A DNA stretch of 63,999 bases, counting the filler, from Jimgerdemannia flammicorona (taxonomy: Eukaryota), in assembly GCA_003990765.1 (NCBI GenBank). It is 3 parts of 3 records of this genome, joined end to end, with 100 filler letters (N's around TTAATTAATTAA, not from the genome) between each part and the next. Parts side by side here need not be neighbours in the genome. Positions count along the whole stretch, not along the records: positions 21,425 to 42,746 come from RBNJ01001481.1; positions 42,847 to 63,999 come from RBNJ01001514.1; 1 more part is not named here. One strand, 5' to 3'. Within the stretch, counting starts at the first letter, position 1. Every line of letters begins with the position of its first letter. The position numbers were made by a program, and so were the translations under genes. Below the pieces are notes generated by a model. It had not been told where the DNA came from, did no database searches, and was given only the letters and a program-made list of their open reading frames with translations. This document shows, piece after piece, positions 37,450-49,374 of the stretch.

Positions 37450-39760
37450 CTACACATCGTCGTCATCCTCCACACTCTTCCCCGCCTTTCCAGACCCTAT
37501 GACGACCTCAGGTTCTCTGCATTTCTTCTTAATCGATAAACTCCACCACCATGTCCCTACGGCCACAAGACTCAAGAACCCCCACATAAAATGTACTCTG
37601 ACAATCCATGGGAATTCCTCCTTATCCAAATCCCAACTATACAGAGTCCCACACAAAGCTGGTCCGATCGCCCTCATTCCGCTAGCCATGCACTGCGCGA
37701 ATCTGTTGATGGTTCCAAGAGTGCTGAGAAAAGACGCTGAATCAGACACGAGGATCATGGAGCTGGTAAACACAATCACGCTGCAAATGATCTTGCCGGC
37801 CAGGTATACCATGAGTCCGGCCCAGATGTAGGAGCCATGGAGATGGTGCAGAAATCCCTGAATAAAGTAGAGTGGAATGTAGATGGTGAGCGCGAAGCAG
37901 AAGACGGTGAGGGTTCCCCAGCAATGCTGCAAAGCAGGCCAGAGGAGCAGCTGCATGACAAGAGTCATTATGCCGGCGACGGAAAGAGAGATGCCGATGT
38001 CATTGAGACTGCCCTCGGAGGGTGGAGTTGCAGCCCAGATGGAGTAAAGCCCATCATACATGATGGTTTGGAAGCAGGCGAGGATGTAAGCGGTAATGAT
38101 GATGAGGAGTGGGCGAGTCAGCACCGAGCGGAGGGTCAGTTTGCTGGGTTTGGATTTCGGTTTGGATCGAAAAGCAGTGCCGGTGATGGTGGTGGTGTCG
38201 AGTGTTGGGGTTGGGGAAGGGGAAGGGGCGCGAGAGGAAAGCGGGGATGACTGGAGGGTTAGGGTAGAGGACGTGGATATGGATGGAGGTGGGCAGGTTG
38301 AGAGGACGGGAAAAGTGTTGTATTCGGGGATGCCAGTGCCAGAGGGCATGATTTCAGACATCAGAGGCTGTCGCTCTGCGACTTCGCTGCCTTCCTCACT
38401 TTCATCCTCATTGTCCGGATCCCTGCTCTTTGTACCCAACGTCTCCTCCAGAAAAAAGACGCCAAACACCAGTCCGACAGTGCACAAACATGCGCCAGTG
38501 AAACATGGCAAAAAGTACAAGTTTGCCTCAAGCAAGGTCGTGATCCATCCTCTGCCACCAAACACTGTGAGGTGCTTTTCGATGGGGTGAGTGAGGAAGC
38601 CGCCAAGGATGGGGCCGAAAATGGATCCTAGGCTATACATGAGTGGAAGAAGGGAGAAGGCACAGGTGCATTGGTTAGACGAATGATCAACTGTCAGCTT
38701 AGTGACCATGGACTTGAGAGCGCCGATGTTGCCATTCAGCAGGCCGCAAAGCGAGCGCGAGGCGAGTGCCCAGGTATATGAGTGTGATAAGCTGAAAAGG
38801 AGGATTGAAATGATCATGCCGGTCATCCCGATGAGTATGACGGGGCAATGACCTGTGTATGGATAGGTGGATGGGTAGACGGATGGGTAGATGGATGGGT
38901 AGATGGGTGGGTAGATGGGGATGGGTGAGTGAAAGATATGAGGAGCTGTTTCGTTGAACAGATCATTGAGAGTCAAGGGAGAGAAACCTTACCGATTCGG
39001 TCTGATAGATATCCCCATGGAAGACCTAGTTAATTGATGAGTCAAGAGGGAATTTTGGTAAGGGATGTCGGTTCCAGCTAATTTGATAACTAAAATGATT
39101 GTCTCGACTGAAGAAAATGAACCTAGCTATCTCTTCTCAAGGATTACAAATCACATTGTGACTCCCTCACTTATCTTTTCCACCTACACTACCATTTTGG
39201 TCATGTGATATCACGAGATAAGTCCACCCTGAACATCATTGTGGTCGCTTGATATCACAAGATAAGCATTGGTTTTGTAGATGTTCAAAAACTCACCTGA
39301 GAAGAATTGGGCAATGGCGAAACTTGATAAGATGTAACCGGTGTAGAATCCAATCTTGTTGGAGTCATCGGTGACATTGAAGTCTCTCACCATCTGTGTG
39401 AAATATGCATATGAGGAGAAGGGGGAGGGGAGTTATTAAACAATAAGATAGTCCGAAAGCACGCCAATAAAATAAATAAAATAAAATAAAATAAAATAAA
39501 AATAATATAATTTAAAAAAACATGCAAGCCGCAAGAAATATGGACAAAGAGCATTACTTACAAAGTAGACAAAGGGGAATAGAATGGTGAAGCAGACGGG
39601 TTCCTGGAATGAGGGGGTGAGTGGTTTTGGTGAACAGGCCGAAGGGACCAAAGGAGAGCTTGTGAAACGAAGTCATGCATGGTGGTTTATACATACAGAC
39701 ACACAGAATGAACAACTGTCTCGTGGGGAAAGGTAGATGTTTTTTTCCAGCAGTTTCCAT
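37450..39760 (-). CDS. Multi-exon MFS transporter (ZIFL/YCR023C-like), possibly decaying
   Basis: Exons reading [65 protein letters not shown] and MRAIGPAL, with GT donors; several conserved residues look altered by G>A or C>T. Confidence 0.8.
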
Positions 39761-39926
39761 GGTGGGATTTTGGAGTGTGTGCAGGTATGGATGACAGGGT
39801 ATAGAAGACAGAAGAGATGATCGGAGTGAAAAAACCGGGTTATGTCCTAGGCCAGATGTGTGTTGCCAAAAAGTGGCGTTTGCTAGGGTGGCAACAGTCA
39901 CAGACCCAGGTGGGTGGTATATACAT

Positions 39927-41472
39927 TGTCATATAGTGGTCGCTGAGTCCTTCAAATATGCCAGATTCTCTTCAGGGTGTATCTCTTAGACTAACTCAAG
40001 TTTGTTATAAGCAAGTTCTTATTGGAGTGCCTTCCCAAGGTCTTATAGTCCTCAAACTTCTTATCTTTAACTGTCTTGTTATCTCTTAGATTGCTTGTAA
40101 GGAAGTGTGTGTATTGCACTGAGTTGACTGACTTTATTTCAGAGGAAATAAGAGGAGTATTTATGCAAAATATAACTCAATGGTTGCTAAGATATAAAGC
40201 TAAATATAAATTCCAATAACTAAAATAAAATGCCAGGACAGGAAAAACTGCTAAGTTCCAGGGTCAGCACTGATGCTTGTACAGGTTCAGGATGCTGGTA
40301 TAATTCAGTGTTACATCAAAATACTGGTGCTGGAACAATTCCGCATCACCTCAGAATGCTGGTGCTGGCATTATTTGGTATCACATCAGAATGCCAGTGC
40401 TGGCATTATTTGGTGTAACCAAAGGACTTAGAGCAGAATGTTCAGGACCATGGGGGCTTCATCATCAGATGTCAGGATGTCTTCGAAGGAGATGAGGTCT
40501 GCAAATTCGTCATCATCACATGTTTCACGTATGTCACATGGGATGACATCATCACATTCGGCAGTGGGGAAATCAGGAACAAGGGGATCTGGAGCTCTCC
40601 AGTCTATGAGATTCTCTTCCACAAAATAGGGAACAAATGTGGGGTCTTGGGGAGGTCTAACCTGGATGCTGGGCCTTGGAATACTGAGATCAATCCTTGC
40701 AGGAATTGGTCTGGGTTGTCCTGGAGGATGGAGTGCCAGAAGTCTTCTACTTCATCACTATTGAGGGTGATAGTGGACTGGGCTTCTGTAGCCACCCTGG
40801 CTTCTAGTGCATTGATATGGCAGGATGACAGGTCTCTGAAGTCTGAGACTCTAACATACTCTAAGTTGGAGATCGACCATGGTGTATGCCTGAAGATCTG
40901 ATAGATCTTCTTAGCTGTCCTTATTTCATGTATATCTATGGAAGTGGCATCTTATAGCTCTTGAGTGCTGGCCTGTGGGAACTCCCAGCAGAGGAGGTTT
41001 CCTATTTCATACTCCTGCCACATTTGAAGGCATTCAGTAGCAATAGTGATCCTTGTTTCCATTTTACAGCAGTAGAGGATATAGTGATAAGGATCATCAG
41101 TATCCAGGTTGACACTAGGAGTCCTTCTTGAGCAGGTCCTCATGGCTCTACTGATGTCTTGGAATATCCTTTCTTCAACTGAGTTGCCTTGGTGGCTCCT
41201 TGACCTTGAGGTTTGGCGAGCAGTAGGCATTTTGTTTGTGGTAAGTCTTTGAGCTATTTTGGAATTGGTGGGTCTTGTTGGTTGCTGCTACTGTGGTTCC
41301 TTGATCCTTCTTTTATATTCCTCAAGATACTTATACTGTGGTCACAATGACTCACAGTTGGTCATCATTGCTCATCTCATATGCCTTATGATCTTCTTGT
41401 GCTCCGATCTGGTGGCTTGCAAGGAAAGACTATCTTCTGTGCTGATGTCATCATTCTGGAGTCACCATTATA
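39927..41472 (-). mobile_element. Solo LTR of family B
   Basis: Reverse complement of 30991-32526 over its whole length; flanks ATACAT and ATATAT fit a TSD with one C>T change. Confidence 0.9.
40428..41230 (-). pseudogene. U3-encoded accessory ORF of family B, solo-LTR copy
   Basis: Starts MPTARQ...; TAA at 40952 where the other copy has CAA; 1-nt deletion near 40670; ends APMVLNILL. Confidence 0.82.
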
Positions 41473-41530
41473 ATATATAAAACCCAAGCCTGCAAGATAT
41501 AATAAATGAAAAGAAAGATAATATAATAAC

Positions 41531-41570
<40 letters not shown>
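41531..41570 (+). repeat. (AAT)n microsatellite
   Basis: About 13 AAT units. Confidence 0.9.
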
Positions 41571-41571
<1 letters not shown>

Positions 41572-42746
41572 AAAACTTCAAGGCAATAGGCCTCAAGAAT
41601 TAGCTCAATTGATGGCCATATATGTTGAAGAAATTCAACTATCTTTACATTGTCACTATTATCTAAAATCTGCCAAAATAAATCACAAAATCTCTGTTAT
41701 CTCATTTATTTCCAGCTGCAAATTCTCAGCCTCTCTCTGCTCCTTGGTCTCAAACTCATGAAATTTAACTACTTCACAATGCTCATAGACTAAATATCCA
41801 GCCTCAGTAAATGTATCTTGAAAATCTTGCCAGATATGCTCCATGAGTAGCTTTGAAAAATATATTGACAAGGTGTTAAATATTATGTGAAATATTGACA
41901 ATAACACTCAGCATTAATTAATCCTGGTGGTGCTTTTCCTTTCTCAATTCTTTTCAATACAAAAAGGGCCTCATCAGCAAGTAGTCATTAGAGAGGATAG
42001 GGGAATTTGTGAATTTCAGTAAGAACAGTATCATCAATAGCAGTATCAGAGAGCTTGTAAGTTCAAAATTGCAATGCTGCTCATCAGGGATCCTGGCTAT
42101 TCTTAGTGTCAAGCTTGGTACTCTTTATATATATATCTATAGTTTAACATATTGTTATTGAATTTTGAAATCAAATAATTAAATGTCTTTAAATATGAAA
42201 TAGTTCTCCAAATCAATTGAATCAATTTAATTCTAAATTCAAACTTAATTATGTTTTCAATTATATCTTAGCAATAAATGGTCCAAATTTAATATAATTT
42301 AGCTTGTTAGAATCCCCTAATTAAGGAGATTCTAATGTACTAAACATTATTAAAATTGGATTACAAATTGCCAAGAAATGATTAAAATTAGGTAAGGTTT
42401 CAAATTTGATTCAAATTAAAAAATTCCTAATTCTATTCTATTTAAATCAACCCAGTTTGAATTGATTTGATTCCTTTGAAAAACTAATAGTAAAGATAAC
42501 AAAAAGACTAATTAAACCATAAGAGAGTGATATGGCAGTCTTGAGTTCACTGTGATATGATTTTATGACATTTGTAGTTATTATTTGAAAGAGAAGTAGT
42601 GAGTACTGACAGACCCAAAGAGACCATTTTCTATATTGTTCGTATAGTTTTTTATAATACAGTTCTTGATGGCTAGAGTAAGAGTAAGTTCAATTGCTTG
42701 TTATACATTCTTCTTACAATTAGTTCTGATTTGATACTGCATAGCC

Positions 42747-42846
42747 NNNNNNNNNNNNNNNNNNNNNNNNNNNNNNNNNNNNNNNNNNNNTTAATTAATT
42801 AANNNNNNNNNNNNNNNNNNNNNNNNNNNNNNNNNNNNNNNNNNNN
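42747..42846. other. Assembly gap with stop linker
   Basis: N-run containing TTAATTAATTAA. Confidence 0.98.
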
Positions 42847-43971
42847 CAGAAGCGAGAAAACACATAACACACTCCAAAGAAACGAATGCGACCCATCCTC
42901 CACGTCCTTGCTTTTGTGTTCCCGGCCTACACCGACGTGTGACCGTCAGTCGTCGTGACGTCGACTCCACCGTCAGAAATATGACGTATTGCTTTCTGTG
43001 GATTTGGTGTCCACACACCAACGTAATGACGAAAAAAAAAAAAAAAGGTTTCGAATCTAGGGGCGTTATGGAAACCTACGTCGTTCGTGTCTAGGTTTTT
43101 GAGTTATGAGCGACCGAAATTGTTCAGTTTTTACAACGGTGCTTCGTAAACACGTCTCGAACCTTCAATTAAAAATAAAAATAAAATTACCTTCTTTGCA
43201 ATTTGGGCATTTTCAAAACGATGTCAGCATCAACGAATCGCGAGTCTCCGTCTTCGGTGGCAACGATGCGAACCATGGCCACGGCGCGTTGGGAAGTCAT
43301 TGGGTATGTAAATTATCTACAGAATTTAACCCGAAGAGAGTGAGATTCATGTTTTAACACATACTGTCGTTGCTCTACCGGATGTAAAAATAAAAATAAA
43401 ACCGGACAAACCAAATGAGTGGTGATATCGCAGTCACTGAGACGTATATACACATAATTACCTACGTAAAACGTAATACACGGGCCATGGAGAAATGTAA
43501 ATAATTCTGCGCGCTGGGAAAGTGACGGGATTGCTGTTTTTCCAAAGAGCTCCTTGATCCGAACAAGCGAATGAATTCGGTCGGAACTATATATGACTCC
43601 TATACAGAAAGTAGCGCGACAATATTAAACGTCACTGGATTTAAAATTATGAAGTGACGATGTCGCGATGTGAAAGCCCTGCCACACACCACGATCTCTT
43701 AAACCGGCTCTTTACAGAAATCTAATTTAGGCGGTCCGATCAAGAGAACTTCAAGTTGTCGAAGGTGCACGTCGTCGTGTACAGGGTGCTCGTTGCACAA
43801 CAGCGGGGACGTGACCAACATCCGTTAAGACCTATTGTAACTGGAGGTCCTGGGCAATATGACAAGACGAATTCATACGAATGCAACCTGGAACATGAAA
43901 CAATACAGATGGTGCGACCTTATTTGCTACTATTGATTGTTTGTATTTGTAAAAACAAGTAAAAAATGTCT

Positions 43972-45174
43972 TCAGCTCGAATTAATCGCTGACGCCCCAA
44001 CAAACAACCCTATATCAATAGCAACATTGCATAGCATCGCCATCCGCAGGCCAACCTTATTCCTCATCAGGGCCATCATAGGACCCGTCTCAGATGCAAA
44101 AATAGCCAGGAAGATCCCAATGGGAAAGAGAAGAGGAAACCTGACATAGACTATACCGACAGCGATCTTCCTGGCATTGTTCGTTAGTGAAGCAATCCCG
44201 TGCATCCACCAGCTAGCCTGCGTGACCGGTTCAGGCGCGTCGTGAAACACCTTAGCAACGCCGACATCAGACGAATACATAAAAAGCAGAAATATCTGGC
44301 CTAAAATACTCCATGCCGTGGTGAACAAAGCAACGCCGAGTCTCACAGAGTAGACCGGGGTAAAATTCGTTCTCTTTGCGATATTGCGCACGCCATAGTA
44401 GTAAATGTACTCGCAAATAGCTTTGCCGGCGTACATATGAAGATGGCCGCGATCTGATATAGTCGTTTTCAAAGAGCACGCCAGGTTACGTGACAGAGAA
44501 TACTCAAAGTAGAGCTGCGCACAGATGACAAGGACGATGGCGATCGGTATCATCGTAACACCATAGCGGATCAAGCTGCCGTACAAAATAGAACGCGGCT
44601 CGTCCGGGTGGTCTCGCAGCGTGTGTGTGTCAATGTAGAAGAAAGGCACGATAGTGCAGAGCGCGACGATTATGCCGACGAACGGAATATGTCGTACGTT
44701 GGAGCGTCTCTCCTTGAACTGGGCGGTTGCAAAAACCCGATTCATATGAGCGCCGTAGCGTTTGAGCATGGAGACAACGGACGCGAGGATGGTTTGTGAT
44801 GTCATACGACCATGATGTCCCTCTTCGAGCGTGGAGAGGTTGGTCTCGAACGCATTCGCGTGCAGGGTTGATAGCACGGAGCCGTAACGTGTTCTCCGAT
44901 TTCCTCCGCTCTGGGCATCGTGGGCGAAGAACCCTCCGTCGTCTGGCTCTGGTGGGGTATCGGATCTTCGCCCGTGCTGCATCTCGGTTTTAGCACAAAA
45001 GTCGGTTGAAGTGTTTTTGAGCAGAACGTCAAGCCATTTTGCGGGGCTCCCACGTCCCCCACAAAAATAATCCATCAGGTCTGCAGGCCTATTGGCGCCG
45101 TGTAACAATGTACATCTGTAAATCAATGTCGTACACGCCATGCGACGATGAAAAGAGGCACGGAGCATGCTCAT
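43972..45174 (-). CDS. Hypothetical multi-pass membrane protein; exon boundaries uncertain
   Basis: 400-aa ORF with about 5 hydrophobic segments; no family recognised. Confidence 0.55.
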   Translation of the reverse strand: MSMLRASFHRRMACTTLIYRCTLLHGANRPADLMDYFCGGRGSPAKWLDVLLKNTSTDFCAKTEMQHGRRSDTPPEPDDGGFFAHDAQSGGNRRTRYGSVLSTLHANAFETNLSTLEEGHHGRMTSQTILASVVSMLKRYGAHMNRVFATAQFKERRSNVRHIPFVGIIVALCTIVPFFYIDTHTLRDHPDEPRSILYGSLIRYGVTMIPIAIVLVICAQLYFEYSLSRNLACSLKTTISDRGHLHMYAGKAICEYIYYYGVRNIAKRTNFTPVYSVRLGVALFTTAWSILGQIFLLFMYSSDVGVAKVFHDAPEPVTQASWWMHGIASLTNNARKIAVGIVYVRFPLLFPIGIFLAIFASETGPMMALMRNKVGLRMAMLCNVAIDIGLFVGASAINSS

Positions 45175-45680
45175 GAGCCGTGCGGTCGGACATCGAAACC
45201 ATACATGAGAATGAAGCGGCCCAACAAGGTAATTATGCGTGCCAAAGGTGCATGCAAAGTATGCCGTTTATGGATGGCGTGAGCGCGTCACGTCGACCTC
45301 GGCATGGTCGCCGCTTTGAGTCTGTGCCATATATTGTCATTTCTTGATGAATTCGCATCAATAGCGGTTTCTTCGACAGGTACTTTTCCTTTGGAATCTG
45401 TGCGCCCTTTAATGGATGTATTCAATAACAATTAGACATGGATCTTAATAACGGGATTTTTCTGCTTTCCTTGTCCTGTTTCGTTTTCGATGTGCCAGTT
45501 TTTGCCGCAATGTGCATTTATCAAAAGCTAAAGGCGATGCCCCCCCTGTATTGCATAAATTCCTTTATTGGGATACTTATAAAAGACAGCAGTTATAAAA
45601 ATTGCTAACAATATCGATAATGGGCTATAAATCGGGATAGTTATAAAAGATTTCTGACAATACTATTGTAGTCGAAGTTG

Positions 45681-47220
45681 TTACATAATATCGTTTGCAA
45701 TGACTGTAGCAACAGCCTTCGTGACCTGGTTGTAAAGCTCGCGCACATTTGTTTGATCGAGATTAATCTGAACTATGGTCATTTTATCCGTGCTACCCTC
45801 AGGATCGTCGTTCACAGTCCTTATGTTCTTCAGCATATGATCTGTAGACCCGTTTATTCTGCTGAATATAAATCGGATGTTTCTTGCCTTGATATCCTTG
45901 ACAATTTCAGACATGTGTCGGTTGCCTCCTGCCATGTCTTTCGGATGACTGTCGCCCGAAGTTCTTCTATAGCACCAAGGTCCGTGACCTGGTGTATCGG
46001 CAATAAATATCAAAACTTGACCAATTCATAGCAAGCGCACATGTAAGACCCCCAGCCACATCCTCTGCTCGTCACCACCTCCACTGGCCCTCTGCGCGGC
46101 AATCTTGTTCTTCACGAGTTCTACCGTCTCGGTGAAGTCGATACTGTCGAGATGACCAACGTTGCCGAAATCGCGATAAGCCACGAAAGAAACTCTGATC
46201 TTGAGTTCCTGGCTAGTGGTGCCCTTGATATCATCCTTGATCTTTTGTACGATGCCGTAGATTTGGTTCTTTCCAGCATCGATCCAGCATCCCATGGGTC
46301 CTGTACAATCCATGACGAAGCACAAATCCACCGCCAAGGGACCTGGGCCGGCTTTAGCGTCAAAGGCTAGATCGATGTTCCATCTCGCTTTTGCCACCTC
46401 TTCTGCACCGACCTTGTTCCATATGGCTTCTAGAGAAGTTAACCCAACGCCGTCGAAGTTGATCGCCTTCTCGGATATCACTGAGTTGTTTTCCGGTCTG
46501 TCGCCTTTTCCCTGACTGTCGAAAAGCTGCCTGAGGGCATCGGATAAAAGGTTGGGTCTCTGAGGTATGACGTAGTGCTGGAATACCGTCCCCACGCCAC
46601 CAGAGTTGAGACACCAATGACAAGAACATCTTTCTCTTCAGCTCTCTTCTGAACCTGTGCCAACCTCATGCCACGCTGATCGTAGCCATCGGTCAAGAAG
46701 AACATTAGCATCGGACCGTTGATGGCACCAGAATGTTCGACCATGATGAGATCGGTGGCGTAGAAATGGCATCCGAGATATAGCTGCTGCCGTCGCTTAA
46801 CTTTGATGCTTGCAGACTTGATAACACCATGTGCTTGGTAGCTGCATCCCATGCCTGTTCTTGGCCCTTAATAAGCCTCACTTCGGTTCCGAACGTCAGA
46901 ATGTTGAAATTGGAGATGCCGCACTCATCTAAAGCGGAACACATGCTGATGAGAGAATCAATGGCCCCCAACCCATGGACATCGTTCATGGACATGGATA
47001 CATCGAGCACCAGAGCCACGCGATAGTTCTTCTTCGGATAACCGATCATATTCTCATAAATTTTCAGGTCTTGGCCTCCTGTGCAGATCCAACGGAGCAC
47101 CCCGGGAATGCTCAGCCTCGACCCGCGCGTATCTCGCAAGGGCCTAGTCGCTTTGTTGTTGACGAAGACCACGTCCTCAAATAGTGATGTCAAGTCCGAG
47201 ATGATTCCCTGTAGTGTGAC
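45681..47220 (-). pseudogene. 3' part of a gene with two tandem vWA domains, frameshifted and cut at its 5' end by a TE relic
   Basis: MIDAS motifs LVLDVSMSM (midasin-like context GSRLSIPG...KIY) with FFLTDGY, and DLCFVMDCTGPM...FVAYRDF...ASGGGD with IFIADTPGHG; pieces lie in different frames. Confidence 0.7.
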
Positions 47221-47239
47221 TAACTTCAGCCATATACCC

Positions 47240-49260
47240 TGAACACTTTTGAAGAAAAAACTACACTACCTCTAGATCCAGTAATTATTGATCAGCAACC
47301 AGAATATGAAGTAGACCACATCCTGGATTATAAGGATCACTAATTTAGATAAGCTGCCAAGCCCATCTGGTACTACCTCATGAAATGGAAAGAATACCCC
47401 AAGTATGACATTATCTGGAAATAGAAAAAAGAAGACAATTTTTTGTCAAATGTAGAAGAAGCAGTAATCTGATACAGATATCTGATATAATAGAAATTCT
47501 AATGAAATTTTTGAAAGACAGTCATATCTCTGAATATTCAAAGTATAAATATTCTGAAATAATTCTATATAGATAATCTACTCTCAATATAAGTACCTAG
47601 TAATGATACTGAGAACAAACTAAGAACAAGATTGCCACTACTGTTCTTATAGCTATTGAATATTAATAAAATTCTATCAAACTATCTTTTGTTAATATAT
47701 AAATCTCTAAAGATTCAGATCCAAATGAAGTCCAATAATATCTTAGAAGGATCTAACATTTTCAGACTTTTTACTACTATTAAGAATTAAAGAAGTACTA
47801 TGAGATATATAGGATGTCTCATCTATTAACAAGTTACTCTCAGTACTGCTAAATAATGAGTCTGTCTTTTTATTGATAACTATATCTACATTATTACCAA
47901 AAGACTCTATGTTCTTTTCTGTACCTGACTCTAAGTCCTTGACTACTTTTATAAAGTATCTCCTAAGAATATTATTAATTTGAATAATGAATAATTGAGC
48001 AATATTGTCTTTCAAGTAGTCTAGTATACTACTCTTTAGTTTGATGAGTACTTAGAGTTTAGTTCTAAGTCTAATGAGTAGACTCAAATAAAGAAGAGAA
48101 GAATATAACAAATCATTATATACTTATAAGTTACTGCAAATTTCAATAAAAGTTTCTATAAAAATTCCTATGGAAATTTCTATGGAATTTCTAACTAGTA
48201 GTTATAGTTATCTAAAATAATAATATATATATATATATATCTAGTATACTATATTTAGTTATAGTCTCAAATATATATAAATACTCTCTATATTGAATAT
48301 ATTATAACCTCAGCTCTACTTTTTCCAAATATAAGAATAAAGTAGTATTCTTATCATAGAACTCTCAGATCTAACTTATTAATAATTTTGAGTCTGATCA
48401 ACTTAAGATATAAATATAGTACTTTCATTAGTACAAAAACCCAAAAGTAATATCTAGACTCTAATATAATAGGTAATTGAAACTCAGTAATTATATTTTT
48501 ACAAAAACTTAGAACTTAAGACCAATAGTCAGTTTATACCCTTATTTTACTATTTGGATTATTTCTACAAGTTGATACAGTAAGGCAGTCCTGATTATCT
48601 GGTATATCTGATATAGTATATAGCTAAATTATAGTAACTATATAATTTAGATAATAACTCTCTACTAAGTTATCACACTATATTAGTTTTAAAATCAGAG
48701 TCTGATTATTCTGAGTTCTTTTTAGATCTAAAAGTTTTAGAAGTCTGTTAGACTTTCTTAGTCCTTTTTGTCTCTCTAGCTAGTCTCCTTTAAACTATCT
48801 TATTGAGATACTTAGTATAGTATTGAGATACTATAAGAATACTATTCTCTTGAGATATATATAGTACTATTTTTAGTTTTGAGTATCAGATCTTTTCTTT
48901 GGAGGTTAGTCTTAATATTATAGTATATTTTTAATATATCTAATAATTTTAAACTTATTTATATATATGGAAAATATATACTTCTTTTCTGGATCTAATT
49001 ATAGTCTTTATATATATCTATTTTCTGAACAGACTATTTAGTATATAATAACTACAATATTATTAATTGTCATAGTTTATAATTTTACCCTTACTAGTTA
49101 ATGATATCAGAAAGACTAACAACATCAGTAGCAAATTCTAATATACTTAGTTCTATGATATTATTGATATTATAGATTATTTTAGTTTATAATATCAATA
49201 AAGTCATAAACTAATTTAGTCTGTGATGTCATTAACATCATTGACCTATTTTTAGGGCAT
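47240..49260. mobile_element. Heavily degraded retroelement relic(s), including a chromodomain remnant
   Basis: Plus strand 47270-47420 reads PVIIDQQPEYEVDHILDY...YYLMKWKEYPKYDIIW; the rest is very TpA-rich. Confidence 0.6.
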
Positions 49261-49374
49261 AACTATAGTGATGTCATAGGAGAAAAAAGTGTTCGAAAGG
49301 AAAGCCAGACTATGACCTTTATAGAAGTCTGTTTATATAAACGCCCTTACAAACTAATAAACAGACATGGAGAA

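Noticed and set aside
38860..38976. [16 protein letters not shown] repeat at the start of the 508-aa MFS ORF
   Set aside because: It lies between a GT donor near 38990 and an AG acceptor near 38853, so it is an intronic simple repeat.
41683..41907. Fragment MEHIWQDFQDTFTEAGYLVYE, possibly a transposase relic
   Set aside because: Too short and decayed to assign.
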